This document shows, one piece after another, positions 11,060 to 21,665 of a DNA stretch of 35,814 nt (positions are counted from its first letter, which is position 1; each line of letters begins with the position of its first letter). A model generated the notes under the pieces. The model saw only the letters and a list, made by a program, of their open reading frames with translations. It did not search any database and was not told where the DNA came from. The stretch covers positions 1 to 35,814 of the forward strand of contig NW_021829918.1 of NCBI RefSeq assembly GCF_006345805.1, given 5' to 3'. The DNA comes from Octopus sinensis (lineage: Eukaryota). Made by a program: the position numbers and the translations under genes.

Positions 11060-11118
11060 TCACACCTGAAGACATGCATGTTTCTGGGTCTTTCCCGTCA
11101 TCAGTCCAGGGTAGTGAG
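11060..11118 (-). ncRNA. Minimal type I hammerhead ribozyme motif (Penelope/retrozyme-like)
   Basis: Minus strand reads CCUGGA-CUGAUGA-C-GGG-AAAGA-CCC-A-GAAA-CAUGCAUG-UC^UUCAGG. It has the complete CUGAUGA/GAAA/GUC core, a 6-bp helix I, a 3-bp helix II and a palindromic helix III. Confidence 0.78.
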
Positions 11119-11354
11119 TCCTGCTAGTTGAGATACCTGCCAAGCCTTCGCAAAGATATATATTTACAGTGAAATCTATTCACTGGTCACCGTAATTCGA
11201 AATATTAAATTTCTAAATGTCTCAAAGAGCCATGAGCGGTGGTGGAGCGGTAGAGTGGTTGTATACTGTCAACTTAACGTGACAGTCGCGTATATATACA
11301 TACACACCCTTCATACACATTTACATGTATTTTTCCGTTTTTCCTCTTTTCCAG

Positions 11355-11426
11355 AACCTTCTCTCCAACACTGAACTGACGTCTCGAATCGCCTCCGCCC
11401 TTGTCAAAGCAGAGCTTTACGAACAA
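11355..11426 (+). CDS. IFT172: IFT172 exon 6: NLLSNTELTSRIASALVKAELYEQ
   Basis: Polypyrimidine tract + ccAG / GTaagt; 72 nt. Matches [24 protein letters not shown]. Confidence 0.95.
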
Positions 11427-11624
11427 GTAAGTTTAGGTTTGAGAGTTTGTGTTGCGGTCGTGGTGGTAGCTGCAGTACGCTTGTTTGCTGTGGCTGTGAC
11501 GCGACGTGGTGCTGTGGTGTCACGGGATGTGACTGTATGTTTGTGTCATAGTACGAGTGGTGCTCAGTTTCCATAGTGTGTAGTGTGGTAGTTGTTGTTC
11601 TGTAATGTGGTGGTGGTGTGGTGG

Positions 11625-14082
11625 TGGTTGGTGTACTGGTATTGTGGTGGTGGTAGTTTTACAGTGGTATGTTTTGTAGTTGTGCTAGTGGTGGTGGTTG
11701 ATGTACTGGTATTGTGGTGGTGGTAGTTTTACAGTGGTATGTTTTGTAGTTGTGCTAGTGGTGGTGGTAGTTTTACAGTGGTATGTTTGTAGTTGTGCTA
11801 GTGGTGGTGGTTGGTGTACTGGTTTGTGGGTTGGTGGTGTTGGTGTTTTTTACAGTGGTATGTTTTGTAGTTGTGCTAGTGGTGTGGGTTGAAGCACTGG
11901 TATTGTGGTGGTGGTAGTTTTACAGTGGTATGTTTTGTAGTTGTGCTAGTGGTGGTGGTTGGTGTACTGGTATTGTGTGTGTGGTGGTTTTTACAGTGGT
12001 ATGGTTTTGTAGTTGTGCTAGTTGTGCTAGTGTGTGGTTGAAGCACTGGTATTGTGGTGGTGGTAGTTTTACAGTGGTATGTTTTGTAGTTGTGCTAGTG
12101 GTGGTGGTTGAAGCACACTGGTATTGTGGTGGTGGTAGTTTTACAGTGGTATGTTTTGTAGTTGTGCTAGTGGTGGTGGTTGAAGCACTGGACTGGTATG
12201 GTGGTGGTGGTAGTTTTACAGTGGTATGTTTTGTATTGTGCTAGTGGTGGTGGTTGATTGTACTGGTATTGTGGTGGTGGTAGTTTTACAGTGGTATGTT
12301 TTGTAGTTGTGCTAGTGGTGGTGGTTGAAGCACTGGTATTGTGGTGGTGGTAGTTTTACAGTGGTATGTTTTGTAGTTGTGCTAGTGGTGGTGGTTGATG
12401 TACTGGTATTGTGGTGGTGGTAGTTTTACAGTGGTATGTTTTGTAGTTGTGCTAGTGGTGGTGGTTGTGTACTGGTATTGTGGTGTGTAGGTTTACAAGT
12501 GGTATGTTTTGTAGTTGTGCTAGTGGTGGTGGTTGGTGTACTGGTATTGTGGTGGTAGTTTTACAGTGGTATGTTTTGTAGTTGTGCTAGTGGTGATGGT
12601 TGAAGCACTGGTATTGTGGTGGTGGTAGTTTTACAGTGGTATGTTTTGTAGTTGTGCTAGTGGTGATGGTTGAAGCACTGGTATTGTGGTGGTGGTAGTT
12701 TTACAGTGGTATGTTTTGTAGTTGTGCTAGTGGTGGTGGTTGATGTACTGGTATTGTGGTGGTGGTAGTTTTACAGTGGTATGTTTTGTAGTTGTGCTAG
12801 TGGTGATGGTTGAAGCACTGGTATTGTGGTGGTGGTAGTTTTACAGTGGTATGTTTTGTAGTTGTGCTAGTGGTGGTGGTTGAAGCACTGGTATTGTGGT
12901 GGTGGTAGTTTTACAGTGGTATGTTTTGTAGGTTTGTGCTAGTGGTGTGGTTGATGTAATGGTATTGGGTGGTGGTAGTTTTACAGTGGTATGTTTTGTA
13001 GTTGTGCTAGTGGTGGTGGTTGATGTACTGGTATTATGGTGGTGGTAGTTTTACAGTGGTATGTTTTGTAGTTGTGCTAGTGGTGGTGGTTGATGTACTG
13101 GTATTGTGGTGGTGGTAGTTTTACAGTGGTATGTTTTGTAGTTGTGCTAGTGGTGGTGGTTGATGTACTGGTATTGTGGTGGTGGTAGTTTTACAGTGGT
13201 ATGTTTTGTAGTTGTGCTAGTGGTGGTGGTTGATGTACTGGTATTGTGGTGGTGGTAGTTTTACAGTGGTATGTTTTGTAGTTGTGCTAGTGGTGGTGGT
13301 TGATGTACTGGTATTGTGGTGGTGGTAGTTTTACAGTGGTATGTTTTGTAGTTGTGCTAGTGGTGGTGGTTGATGTACTGGTATTGTGGTGGTGGTAGTT
13401 TTACAGTGGTATGTTTTGTAGTTGTGCTAGTGGTGATGGTTGAAGCACTGGTATTGTGGTGGTGGTAGTTTTACAGTGTATGTTTGTAGTTGTGCTAGTG
13501 GTGGTGGTTGAAGCACTGGTATGTGGTGGTGGTAGTTTTACAGTGGTATGTTTTGTAGTTGTGCTAGTGGTGGTGGTGGATGTATGGTATTGTGGTGGTG
13601 GTAGTTTTACAGTGGTATGTTTTGTTAGTTGTGGCTAGTGGTGGTGGTTGATGTACTGGTATTATGGTGGTGGTAGTTTTACAGTGGTATGTTTTGTAGT
13701 TGTGCTAGTGGTGGTGGTGAAGCACTGGTATTGTGGTGGTGTAGTTTTACAGTGGTATGTTTTGTAGTTGTGCTAGTGGTGGTGGTTGAAGCACTGGTAT
13801 TGTGGTGGGTGGTAGTTTTACAGTGGTATGTGTTGTAGTGTGTGCTAGTGGTGGTGGTTGAAGCACTGGTATTGTGGTGGTGGTAGTTTTACAGTGGTAT
13901 GTTTTGTAGTTGTGCTAGTGGTGGTGGTTGAAGCACTGGTATTGTGGTGGTGGTAGTTTTACAGTGGTATGTTTTGTAGTTGTGCTAGTGGTGGTGGTTG
14001 GTGTACTGGTATTGTGGTGGTGGTAGTTTTACAGTGGTATGTTTTGTAGTATGCTAGTGGTGGTGGTAGTGTTACAGTGGTA
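11625..14082. repeat. 70-bp minisatellite, ~35 copies
   Basis: Unit CTGGTATTGTGGTGGTGGTAGTTTTACAGTGGTATGTTTTGTAGTTGTGCTAGTGGTGGTGGTTGATGTA; period 70 (e.g. 13021 to 13091). Confidence 0.95.
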
Positions 14083-14644
14083 TGTGTGTGTATATATATG
14101 CATGTATATGTGTATGGATGGATGTATGTATATTTGTATCTTTGTATGTATGCATGTATGTATGTATGTATATATGTATATATATATGTGTATGTATGTA
14201 TGTGTGTATGTACATATGTATGTTCATGTGTGTGTGTGTATATATGCATGTGTATATGGATAGATGGATGTTTGCTTGCATGTATGTATATATGTATGTA
14301 TGTGTATTTATGTGTGTGTGTGTATGTTTGTATGTGTGTGTGTATATGTCTGTATATGTGCATGTGTGTGTATATATATATATATGCATGTATGTATGTA
14401 TGGATGGATGGATTATGTATTTATGTATGCACGTATGTATGTGTGTGTGTCTGTATATGTGCATGTGTGTGTATATATATATATATGCATGTATGTATGT
14501 ATGGATGGATGGATTATGTATTTATGTATGCACGTATGTATGTGTGTGTGTCTCTATATGTGCATGTGTGCGTGTGTATATATATGCATGTATATATGTA
14601 TGGATGGATGGCTGTATTTTGTTTGTATGTATGTATGTATGTAC
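14083..14644. repeat. (TATG/TG/TA)n microsatellite
   Basis: Directly visible; includes a ~100-bp internal duplication. Confidence 0.9.
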
Positions 14645-14860
14645 ATTCAAGTGGCTGAGTACTCCACAGACACACATGTACCCTTAATGTAGTTCTCAGG
14701 CTGGCCCTGATGAATTACAGGTACTACTCATTTTTGCCAGCTGAGTGGGTTGGAGCGACAGGAAATAAAGTGTCTTGCTCAAGGACACAACACCCTGCTG
14801 GGAATTGAACTCACGACCTCATGGTCACGAAGCCAAATTCCCTAACCATTAAGCCAGATG
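14645..14860 (-). mobile_element. SINE family D-like (diverged)
   Basis: Shares CAAGTGGCTGAGTACTCCACAGACAC..CCCTTAA with 16700-17083. tRNA head on the minus strand. Confidence 0.65.
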
Positions 14861-15019
14861 CATTCACAACATGTGTGTGTGGTGTGTGTGTGTGTGTAGT
14901 TACCAATGCCATTACTTTGCTCTCTCAACACCCAATTACCCGCCCATCCACATGCCATGACCATCACTTCTTTCAACCTTTGCCTCTTTTTTATCCCCTT
15001 ATTTACCCCCCTTTTGCAG

Positions 15020-15098
15020 GCAGGAAACCTTTACGAGAAAACAGGGGAGTTTGCCCGTGCCTTGCAGTCGTATCGAAAAGGACGCAGCTATCAACAAG
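15020..15098 (+). CDS. IFT172: IFT172 exon 7: AGNLYEKTGEFARALQSYRKGRSYQQ(A)
   Basis: ttgcAG / GTatgt; 79 nt, ends phase 1. Matches [21 protein letters not shown]. Confidence 0.95.
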
Positions 15099-15344
15099 GT
15101 ATGTGCCGTAGGTCGTTGTGGTTGCTGTTGTAGTATGCTGTTGTTGTGTTTAGACCAGTGATCAAAGCGACAAAAATATTTTGACAAATTAAATTTAAAT
15201 ATTGAAGAGAATCTAACGGTTTTTGTGTGTTTCTTAAATGGCTTATAAACACCTTCCAAGCTGCAGTTGTTTTTGTTCCAGCACATGATCTCAGATCAGG
15301 TCACTTGCTATGCATGTACATCTCTGTAATATATATATATAAAA

Positions 15345-15580
15345 AGCACCAACTGACCGTGGCCGATGGCAGACCCCTCTGGCACCTGTGCAGGTGGCAC
15401 GTAAAAAGCACCCACTACACTCGCGGAGTGGTTGGCGTTAGGAAGGGCATCCAGCTGTAGAAACACTGCCAGACCAGACTGGAGCCTGGGGCAGCCCCTG
15501 GCTCCCAGACCCCGGTCGAAACCGTCCAACCCGTGCTAGCGCGGAAAACGGACGTTAAACGATGATGATGATGATGATGA
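15345..15580 (+). mobile_element. Family C retroelement 3' end with (GAT)n tail
   Basis: AAAAGCACCCACTACACTC...GGAAGGGCATCCAGCTGTAG...GGACGTTAAACGATGATG. Confidence 0.75.
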
Positions 15581-15602
15581 TATATTTATATATATATATA
15601 TT

Positions 15603-15998
15603 CACTTTTACTCGTTTCAGTCATTTGACTGTGGCCATGCTGGAGTACCGCCTTTAGTCGAGCAAATCGACCCCAGGACTTAATCTTTGGAAGCCTAGTA
15701 CTTATTCTATCGGTCTCTTTTACCAAACTGCTAAATTACGGGGAGGTAAACACACCAGCATCGGTTGTCAAGCGATGTTGGGGGGACAAACACAGACACA
15801 CAAACATATACACACATGCACACATATATATATATAAATATATATGACGGGCTTCTTTCAGTTTCCGTCTACCAGAAGGCTTTGGTCGGCCCGAGGCTAT
15901 AGTAGAAAACACTTGCCCAAGGTGCCACGCAATGGGAATGAACCCAGAACCATGCAGTTGGTAAGCAAGCTACTTACCATACAGCCACTCCTCTGCCT
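15603..15998 (-). mobile_element. SINE family A
   Basis: Reverse complement of the family A consensus with an internal deletion. Confidence 0.8.
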
Positions 15999-16207
15999 GT
16001 GTACGTCCCCCCACACACACACACACATACACACACACTCAACCACTGCTTGACAACCGGTGTTAGTGTGTTTACATTCCTGCAACTTGGTTCAGCAAAA
16101 ACAAGAATTAAATTCCGGACTTTAGCAAAATAAGTGCTTGGTTGGGGGTGGTGTTTCGATTCACTTGACTAAAAAATCATTTGATGGGGAGCCCCAGCAT
16201 GGCCTGC

Positions 16208-16436
16208 GAGCTGGCAGAAACGTTAGCATGCCGGGCGATATGCTTAGCGGTATTTCGTCTGCATTACGTTGTGAGTTCAAATTCCGCCGAGGTCGACTTT
16301 GCCTTTCATCCTTTCGGGGTCGATAAATTAAGTACCAGTTACGCACTGGGGTCGATGTAATCGACTTAATACCTATGTCTGTCCAAATTTGTCCCCTCTG
16401 TGTTTAGCCCCTTGTGGGTAGTAAAGAAATAGGTAT
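16208..16436 (+). mobile_element. SINE family B monomer
   Basis: GAGCTGGCAGAAACGTTAGC...GTAAAGAAATAGGTAT. Confidence 0.85.
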
Positions 16437-16537
16437 ATGATTTTTGTACTTTGTTAACTCTCTCTCTCTCTCTCCCTAACTGTTTCTTTTTCCATTTTTC
16501 TCTCCCACCTCTCTGCTGCCCTCGTTCCCTTCTCCAG

Positions 16538-16658
16538 CCGTAGAACTAGCCAGGCGCTGCTTCCCCAGTGATGTGGTCGGCCTGGAAGAACAGTGGGGGG
16601 AGTACCTGGTCTCCCAGAAGCAGCTCGATGCTGCCATTAACCATTTTATCGAGGCAGG
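16538..16658 (+). CDS. IFT172: IFT172 exon 8: (A)[39 protein letters not shown](G)
   Basis: ctccAG / GTaagt; 121 nt, phase 1 to 2. Matches [40 protein letters not shown]. Confidence 0.97.
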
Positions 16659-16689
16659 GTAAGTCGATTTTTCTTTGCTGTTGTTGTTG

Positions 16690-17083
16690 TTGTTGATGGG
16701 AAGCACTCCGTCGGTTACGACGACGAGGGTTCCGGTTGATCCGAATCAACGGAACAGCCTGCTCGTGAAATTAACGTGTAAGTGGCTGAGCACTCCACAG
16801 ACACATGTACCCTTAACGTAGTTCTCGGGGATATCAGCGTGACACAGAGAGTGACAAGGCGGCCCCTTGAAATACAGGTACAACAGAAACAGGAAGTAAG
16901 AGTGAGAGAAGTTGTGGTGAAAGAGTACAGCAGGGATCACCACCATCCCCTGCCGGAGCCCTCGTGGAGCTTTTAGGTGTTTTCGCTCAATAAACACTCA
17001 CAACGCCCGGTCTGGGAATCGAAACCGCAATCCTATGACCGCGAGTCCGCTGCCCTAACCACTGGGCCATTGCGCCTCCACTG
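16690..17083 (-). mobile_element. SINE family D (full length), (CAA)n tail
   Basis: Minus-strand head GGAGGCGCAATGGCCCAGTGGTTAGGGCAGCGG...GGTTTCGATTCCC (A/B boxes); tail runs into the (TTG)n tract. Confidence 0.8.
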
Positions 17084-17284
17084 TTGTTGATACTACTGTT
17101 GTTGTTGCTGGTTAGCCCTTGGTTGACCCTGCTGCCCCCAACACAGCAGACCTATCAGCAAAGAAAATTGATCCATGGCCATCATCTTTGTCGTCGTCAT
17201 CGCCGCCGCCACTGTCATCAACATTATCATCATTTTTGTTGCACTTGTCATCGTCATCATTATCATCATCGTCATCACCATCAA

Positions 17285-17556
17285 CACTATCATCATCATT
17301 GTTCGACCGTGGTCGAGACAATGGAATTTACCATGCTACGCCAGACTTCACGGTCCATCATAGCATTACGGAGGTCCTGTTGCTGGATGCCTGTATCCCT
17401 GGGGATTACATCAGGGTAGGAGTGTGTGCACCCTCTGGTATTGCGAGCAGATGGCTTCCAGAGGAGAAGAGTAGAAATTACCTTGTTTCCAGTTCTACAA
17501 CAATGTCCAGCAAACTGGACTCTTCTGCTTTTCACAAGAGATGATATGTATGTATG

Positions 17557-17593
<37 letters not shown>

Positions 17594-18290
17594 ATCATCA
17601 TCATCATTGTTCGACCTTGGTCGAGACAATGGAATTTACCATGCTACACCAGACTTCACGGTCCATCATGGCATTACGGAGGTCCTGTTGCTGGATGCCT
17701 TGTCCCCTGGGGATTACATCAGGGTAGGGTGTGTGCACCCTCTGGTATTGCGAGCAGATGGCTTCCAGAGGAGAAGAGTAGAAATTACCTCGTTTCCAGT
17801 TCTACAACAATGTCCAGCAAACTGGACTCTTCTGCTTTTCACAAGAGATGATATGTATGTAGTAATAATATATATATATATATATTTAAATATATATATA
17901 TCATCATCATCATTGTTTGACCGTGGTCGAGACAATGGAATTTACCATGCTACACCAGACTTCACGGTCCATCATAGCATTACGGAGGTCCTGTTGCTGG
18001 ATGCCTGTATCCCTGGAGATTACATTAGGGTAGGAGGGTATGCACCCTCTGGTATCGCAAGCAGATGGCTTCCAGAGGAGAATAGTAGAAATTACCTCGT
18101 TTTCAGCTCGACAACAATGTCCAGCAAACTGGACTCTCCTACCTTTCTCAAGAGATGACACAGGTGGTAGTTTCCCATATATTTGCATTTTGGTTGGACG
18201 GCGCTTCCACGAGAGATTTTGAGCTCTCATAAGGAGGTGAGTGTAGGTTCCATCGAACCGCCTCTCAAGCTTCTTTGATAACGTCCAGGT
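17285..18290 (-). mobile_element. RTE-type LINE 3' end, three tandem copies separated by (TA)n
   Basis: ORF 17910-18230 reads RAQNLSWKRRPTKMQIYGKLPPVSS..RRVQFAGHCCR..LLWKP..AMMDREVW, typical of the RTE/RTE-X ORF2 C-terminus; (TGA)n tails. Confidence 0.8.
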
Positions 18291-19130
18291 TTGGTGATGG
18301 TGGCGATGATAATGATAGTGATGTTGATGATGATGATAATGTTGGCAGTAATGATGATGACTATGGTGGTGAAGGTGATGATGATGAAGATAGTGATGAT
18401 GTTGATGATGACGATGTCAATGATGATGATGATGATGGCAGTAATGATGATGACTATGGTGGTGAAGGTGATGATGATGAAGATAGTGATGATGTTGATG
18501 ATGATGACGATGTCAATGATGATGATGATGATGGCAGTAATGATGATGACTGGTGGTGAAGGTGATGATGATGAAGATAGTGATGATGTTGATGATGATG
18601 ACGATGTCTAATGATGATGATGATGGAGTCAGTAAATGATGAGGACTATGTGGTGAAGGTGATGATGATGAAGATAGTGATGATGTTGATGATGATGACG
18701 ATGTCAATGATGATGATGATGATGGCAGTAATGATGATGACTATGTGGTGAAGGTGATGATGATGAAGATAGTGATGATGTTGATGATGATGACGATGTC
18801 AATGATGATGATGATGATGGCAGTAATGATGATGACTATGGTGGTGAAGGTGATGATGATGAAGATAGTGATGATGTTGATGATGATGATGATGGCAGTA
18901 ATGATGATGACTATGGTGGTGAAGGTGATGATGATGAAGATAGTGATGATGTTGATGATGATGACGATGTCAATGATGATGATGATGATGGCAGTAATGA
19001 TGATGACTATGGTGGTGATGGTGATGATGATGATGAAGATAGTGATGATGTTGATGACGATGACGATGTCGATGATGAAGATAGTGATGACGATGACAAC
19101 GGCGACGACGACGTCGATGATGATGATGAT
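18291..19130. repeat. (GAT)n-derived ~93-96-bp minisatellite
   Basis: GGCAGTAATGATGATGACTATGGTGGTGAAGG recurs about every 95 bp. Confidence 0.9.
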
Positions 19131-19253
19131 ATCCACTGTAGTCTTGTGCTGCTGTAAGGAACAAACAGCCAATTGTTGTTGCTGCTGTTGTTGTTGTTGT
19201 TATTGTTTTATAACATTCGCCTGTCTCTTTGTCTTCCTCTCCCGGGTGTGTAG

Positions 19254-19398
19254 GTGCACCACGAAAGCTATTGAATCCGCCATCAGCTCAAACCAATGGA
19301 AAAAAGCCGTCCAGATCCTCGAGCTGCAGGACTCGTCCACCGTCACTAAGTACTACAAGAAGATCGCTGACCATTACTCTCAGGTCAAGGAGTACAAG
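19254..19398 (+). CDS. IFT172: IFT172 exon 9: CTTKAIESAISSNQWKKAVQILELQDSSTVTKYYKKIADHYSQVKEYK
   Basis: gtgtAG / GTaaca; 145 nt, phase 2 to 0. Matches [23 protein letters not shown]. Confidence 0.96.
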
Positions 19399-19733
19399 GT
19401 AACAATCTTATCTGTTTGTTTGTTTGTTTCTGCCATTTTTTAAATTTATCTTTTGTTTATTCATAAATAAATATATATATATATATATTAATATATATAT
19501 AAGGCGCAGGAGTGGCTGTGTGGTAAGTAGCTTGCTAACCAACCACATGGTTCCGGGTTCAGATGATGATAATGATGTTGATGATGGTGATGATATTCAT
19601 GATGACGACAACGAAGACCATGCCGCTACCACCGCCGCCGCCGCCGCCGTTTATGTTTTTAATTATGTTTTTTTTCCCGTTTTTTTAAAAAAAATTTTAT
19701 TATTATCGATGCTTTTCGTTTTTGTCTCTGCAG

Positions 19734-19823
19734 ATTGCCGAGCGTCTCTATTTGGCTGCGGATTGTATGAAGGAGGCAGTGGACATGTACAACGAAGTCG
19801 GAATGTGGCAGCAGGCTCATAAG
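19734..19823 (+). CDS. IFT172: IFT172 exon 10: IAERLYLAADCMKEAVDMYNEVGMWQQAHK
   Basis: ctgcAG / GTaaag; 90 nt. Matches [30 protein letters not shown]. Confidence 0.95.
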
Positions 19824-19879
19824 GTAAAGAAAGACAACAAAAGCAGTGGTGGTGGTCACGTTGTTGTTGTCGTTGCTGT

Positions 19880-20725
19880 TGTCGTTTAACCCGAGGTCTG
19901 TTCTGATCGAACTAGCCTACGATCAAAGAGGTTCCAGCTGTGACCATCCCGTCTTTTATTGACATAGTGTATCTAGGACTACATTAACTAATGTGTCCTT
20001 CCTTGGTGATGTTTAGCCACAGGTCTGTCCTGATCCAGTAGACCTATGATCAAAGATCTTCCAGCTGTGACCATCCTGTCTTTTATTATTCAGGCATAGT
20101 GTATCTAGGAGTACATTATCTAATGTGTCCTTCCTTGTTGTTGTTTAGCCACAGGTCAGTCCTGATCCAGCAGACCTATGATCAAAGATGTTCCAGCTGT
20201 GACCATCCTGTCTTTTATTATTCATGCATCGTGTATCTAGGAGTACATTATCTAATATGTCCTTCCTTGTTGTTGTTTAGCCACAGGTCAGTCCTGATCC
20301 AGCAGACCTATGATCAAAGATCTTCCAGCTGTGACCATCCTGTCTTTTATTATTCAGGCATAGTGTATCTAGGAGTACATTATCTAATGTGTCCTTCCTT
20401 GTTGTTGTTTAGCCACAGGTCAGTCCTGATCCAGCAGACCTATGATCAAAGATCTTCCAGCTGTGACCATCCTGTCTTTTATTATTCAGGCATAGTGTAT
20501 CTAGGAGTACATTATCTAATATGTCCTTCCTTGTTGTTGTTTAGCCACAGGTCAGTCCTGATCCAGTAGACCTATGATCAAAGATGTTCCAGCTGTGATC
20601 TTCCAGCCTTTTATTCAGACATAGTGTATCTAGGAGTACATTATCTAATGTGTCATTTCTTGTTGATGTTTAGCCCCAGGTCAGACCTGATCCAGCAGAC
20701 CTATGATCAAAGACATTCTAGCTGG
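19880..20725 (+). repeat. 132-bp tandem repeat, ~6 copies
   Basis: GTATCTAGGAG at 20101, 20233 and 20365 (period 132). Confidence 0.92.
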
Positions 20726-20729
20726 GAGC

Positions 20730-21422
20730 ATGCACACGTATACACATATGCACATATATACATACATACATACATACACATACATACATTGACATACATA
20801 TATACATACACATACACACATACACATACGTAAACATACATACACACTCATACATACACATGCATATATACACACATGCATACATATACATATATATACA
20901 TTCATACATCCTTATATGCACACATGCATATACATACATACACATACTCACATACATACACAGGCAGGTACATACACATATACATACACACACGTAAACA
21001 TACATACACACATACATGCGTGCATATATATATATACATACATGCATCCATGCACACATACATACATATACATGCATGCATATATACACATGCATCCGTG
21101 CATACATATATACACACATATGCATCCATGCGTACTTACACATACATACTTACACACACGCATACATACATACACACATACATACATACATACATACACA
21201 TGCATCCATTCATACTTACATGTACATACACACACACATACTTACATATACATGCATACACACATATTTACACATGTATACATACACACATACATACATA
21301 TACATACATACATACACACATCTATATATACATACATACACACATACATGCATATACATACATACACACACATACATACATTTATATACATACACGTATA
21401 CACATGAATGCATTCTTACATA
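20730..21422. repeat. (CA/TA/CATA)n microsatellite
   Basis: Directly visible. Confidence 0.95.
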
Positions 21423-21424
21423 TA

Positions 21425-21621
21425 CAGGGAGGACCAAAATGATCTGACACATAGGCGTAGGAGTGGCTGTGTGGTAAGTAGCTTGTTTACCAACCACATG
21501 GTTCCAGGTTCAGTCCCACTGCGTGGCACCTTGGGCAAGTGTCTTCTACTATAGCCTCGGGCCGACCAAAGCCTTGTGAGTGGATTTGGTAGACGGAAAC
21601 TGAAAGAAGCCCATCGTATAT

Positions 21622-21665
<44 letters not shown>

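Noticed and set aside
11625-14082. CRISPR-like appearance of regular repeats (also 19880-20725 and 27502-28915)
   Set aside because: There are no unique spacers and no cas genes, and the context is a eukaryotic intron. These are ordinary tandem repeats.
14708-14730. CTGATGA motif
   Set aside because: It lies within a SINE D body and has no appropriately spaced GAAA or helices.
20099-20569. 156-aa ORF with 44-aa repeats
   Set aside because: It results from the 132-bp satellite period being divisible by 3. No splice or homology support.
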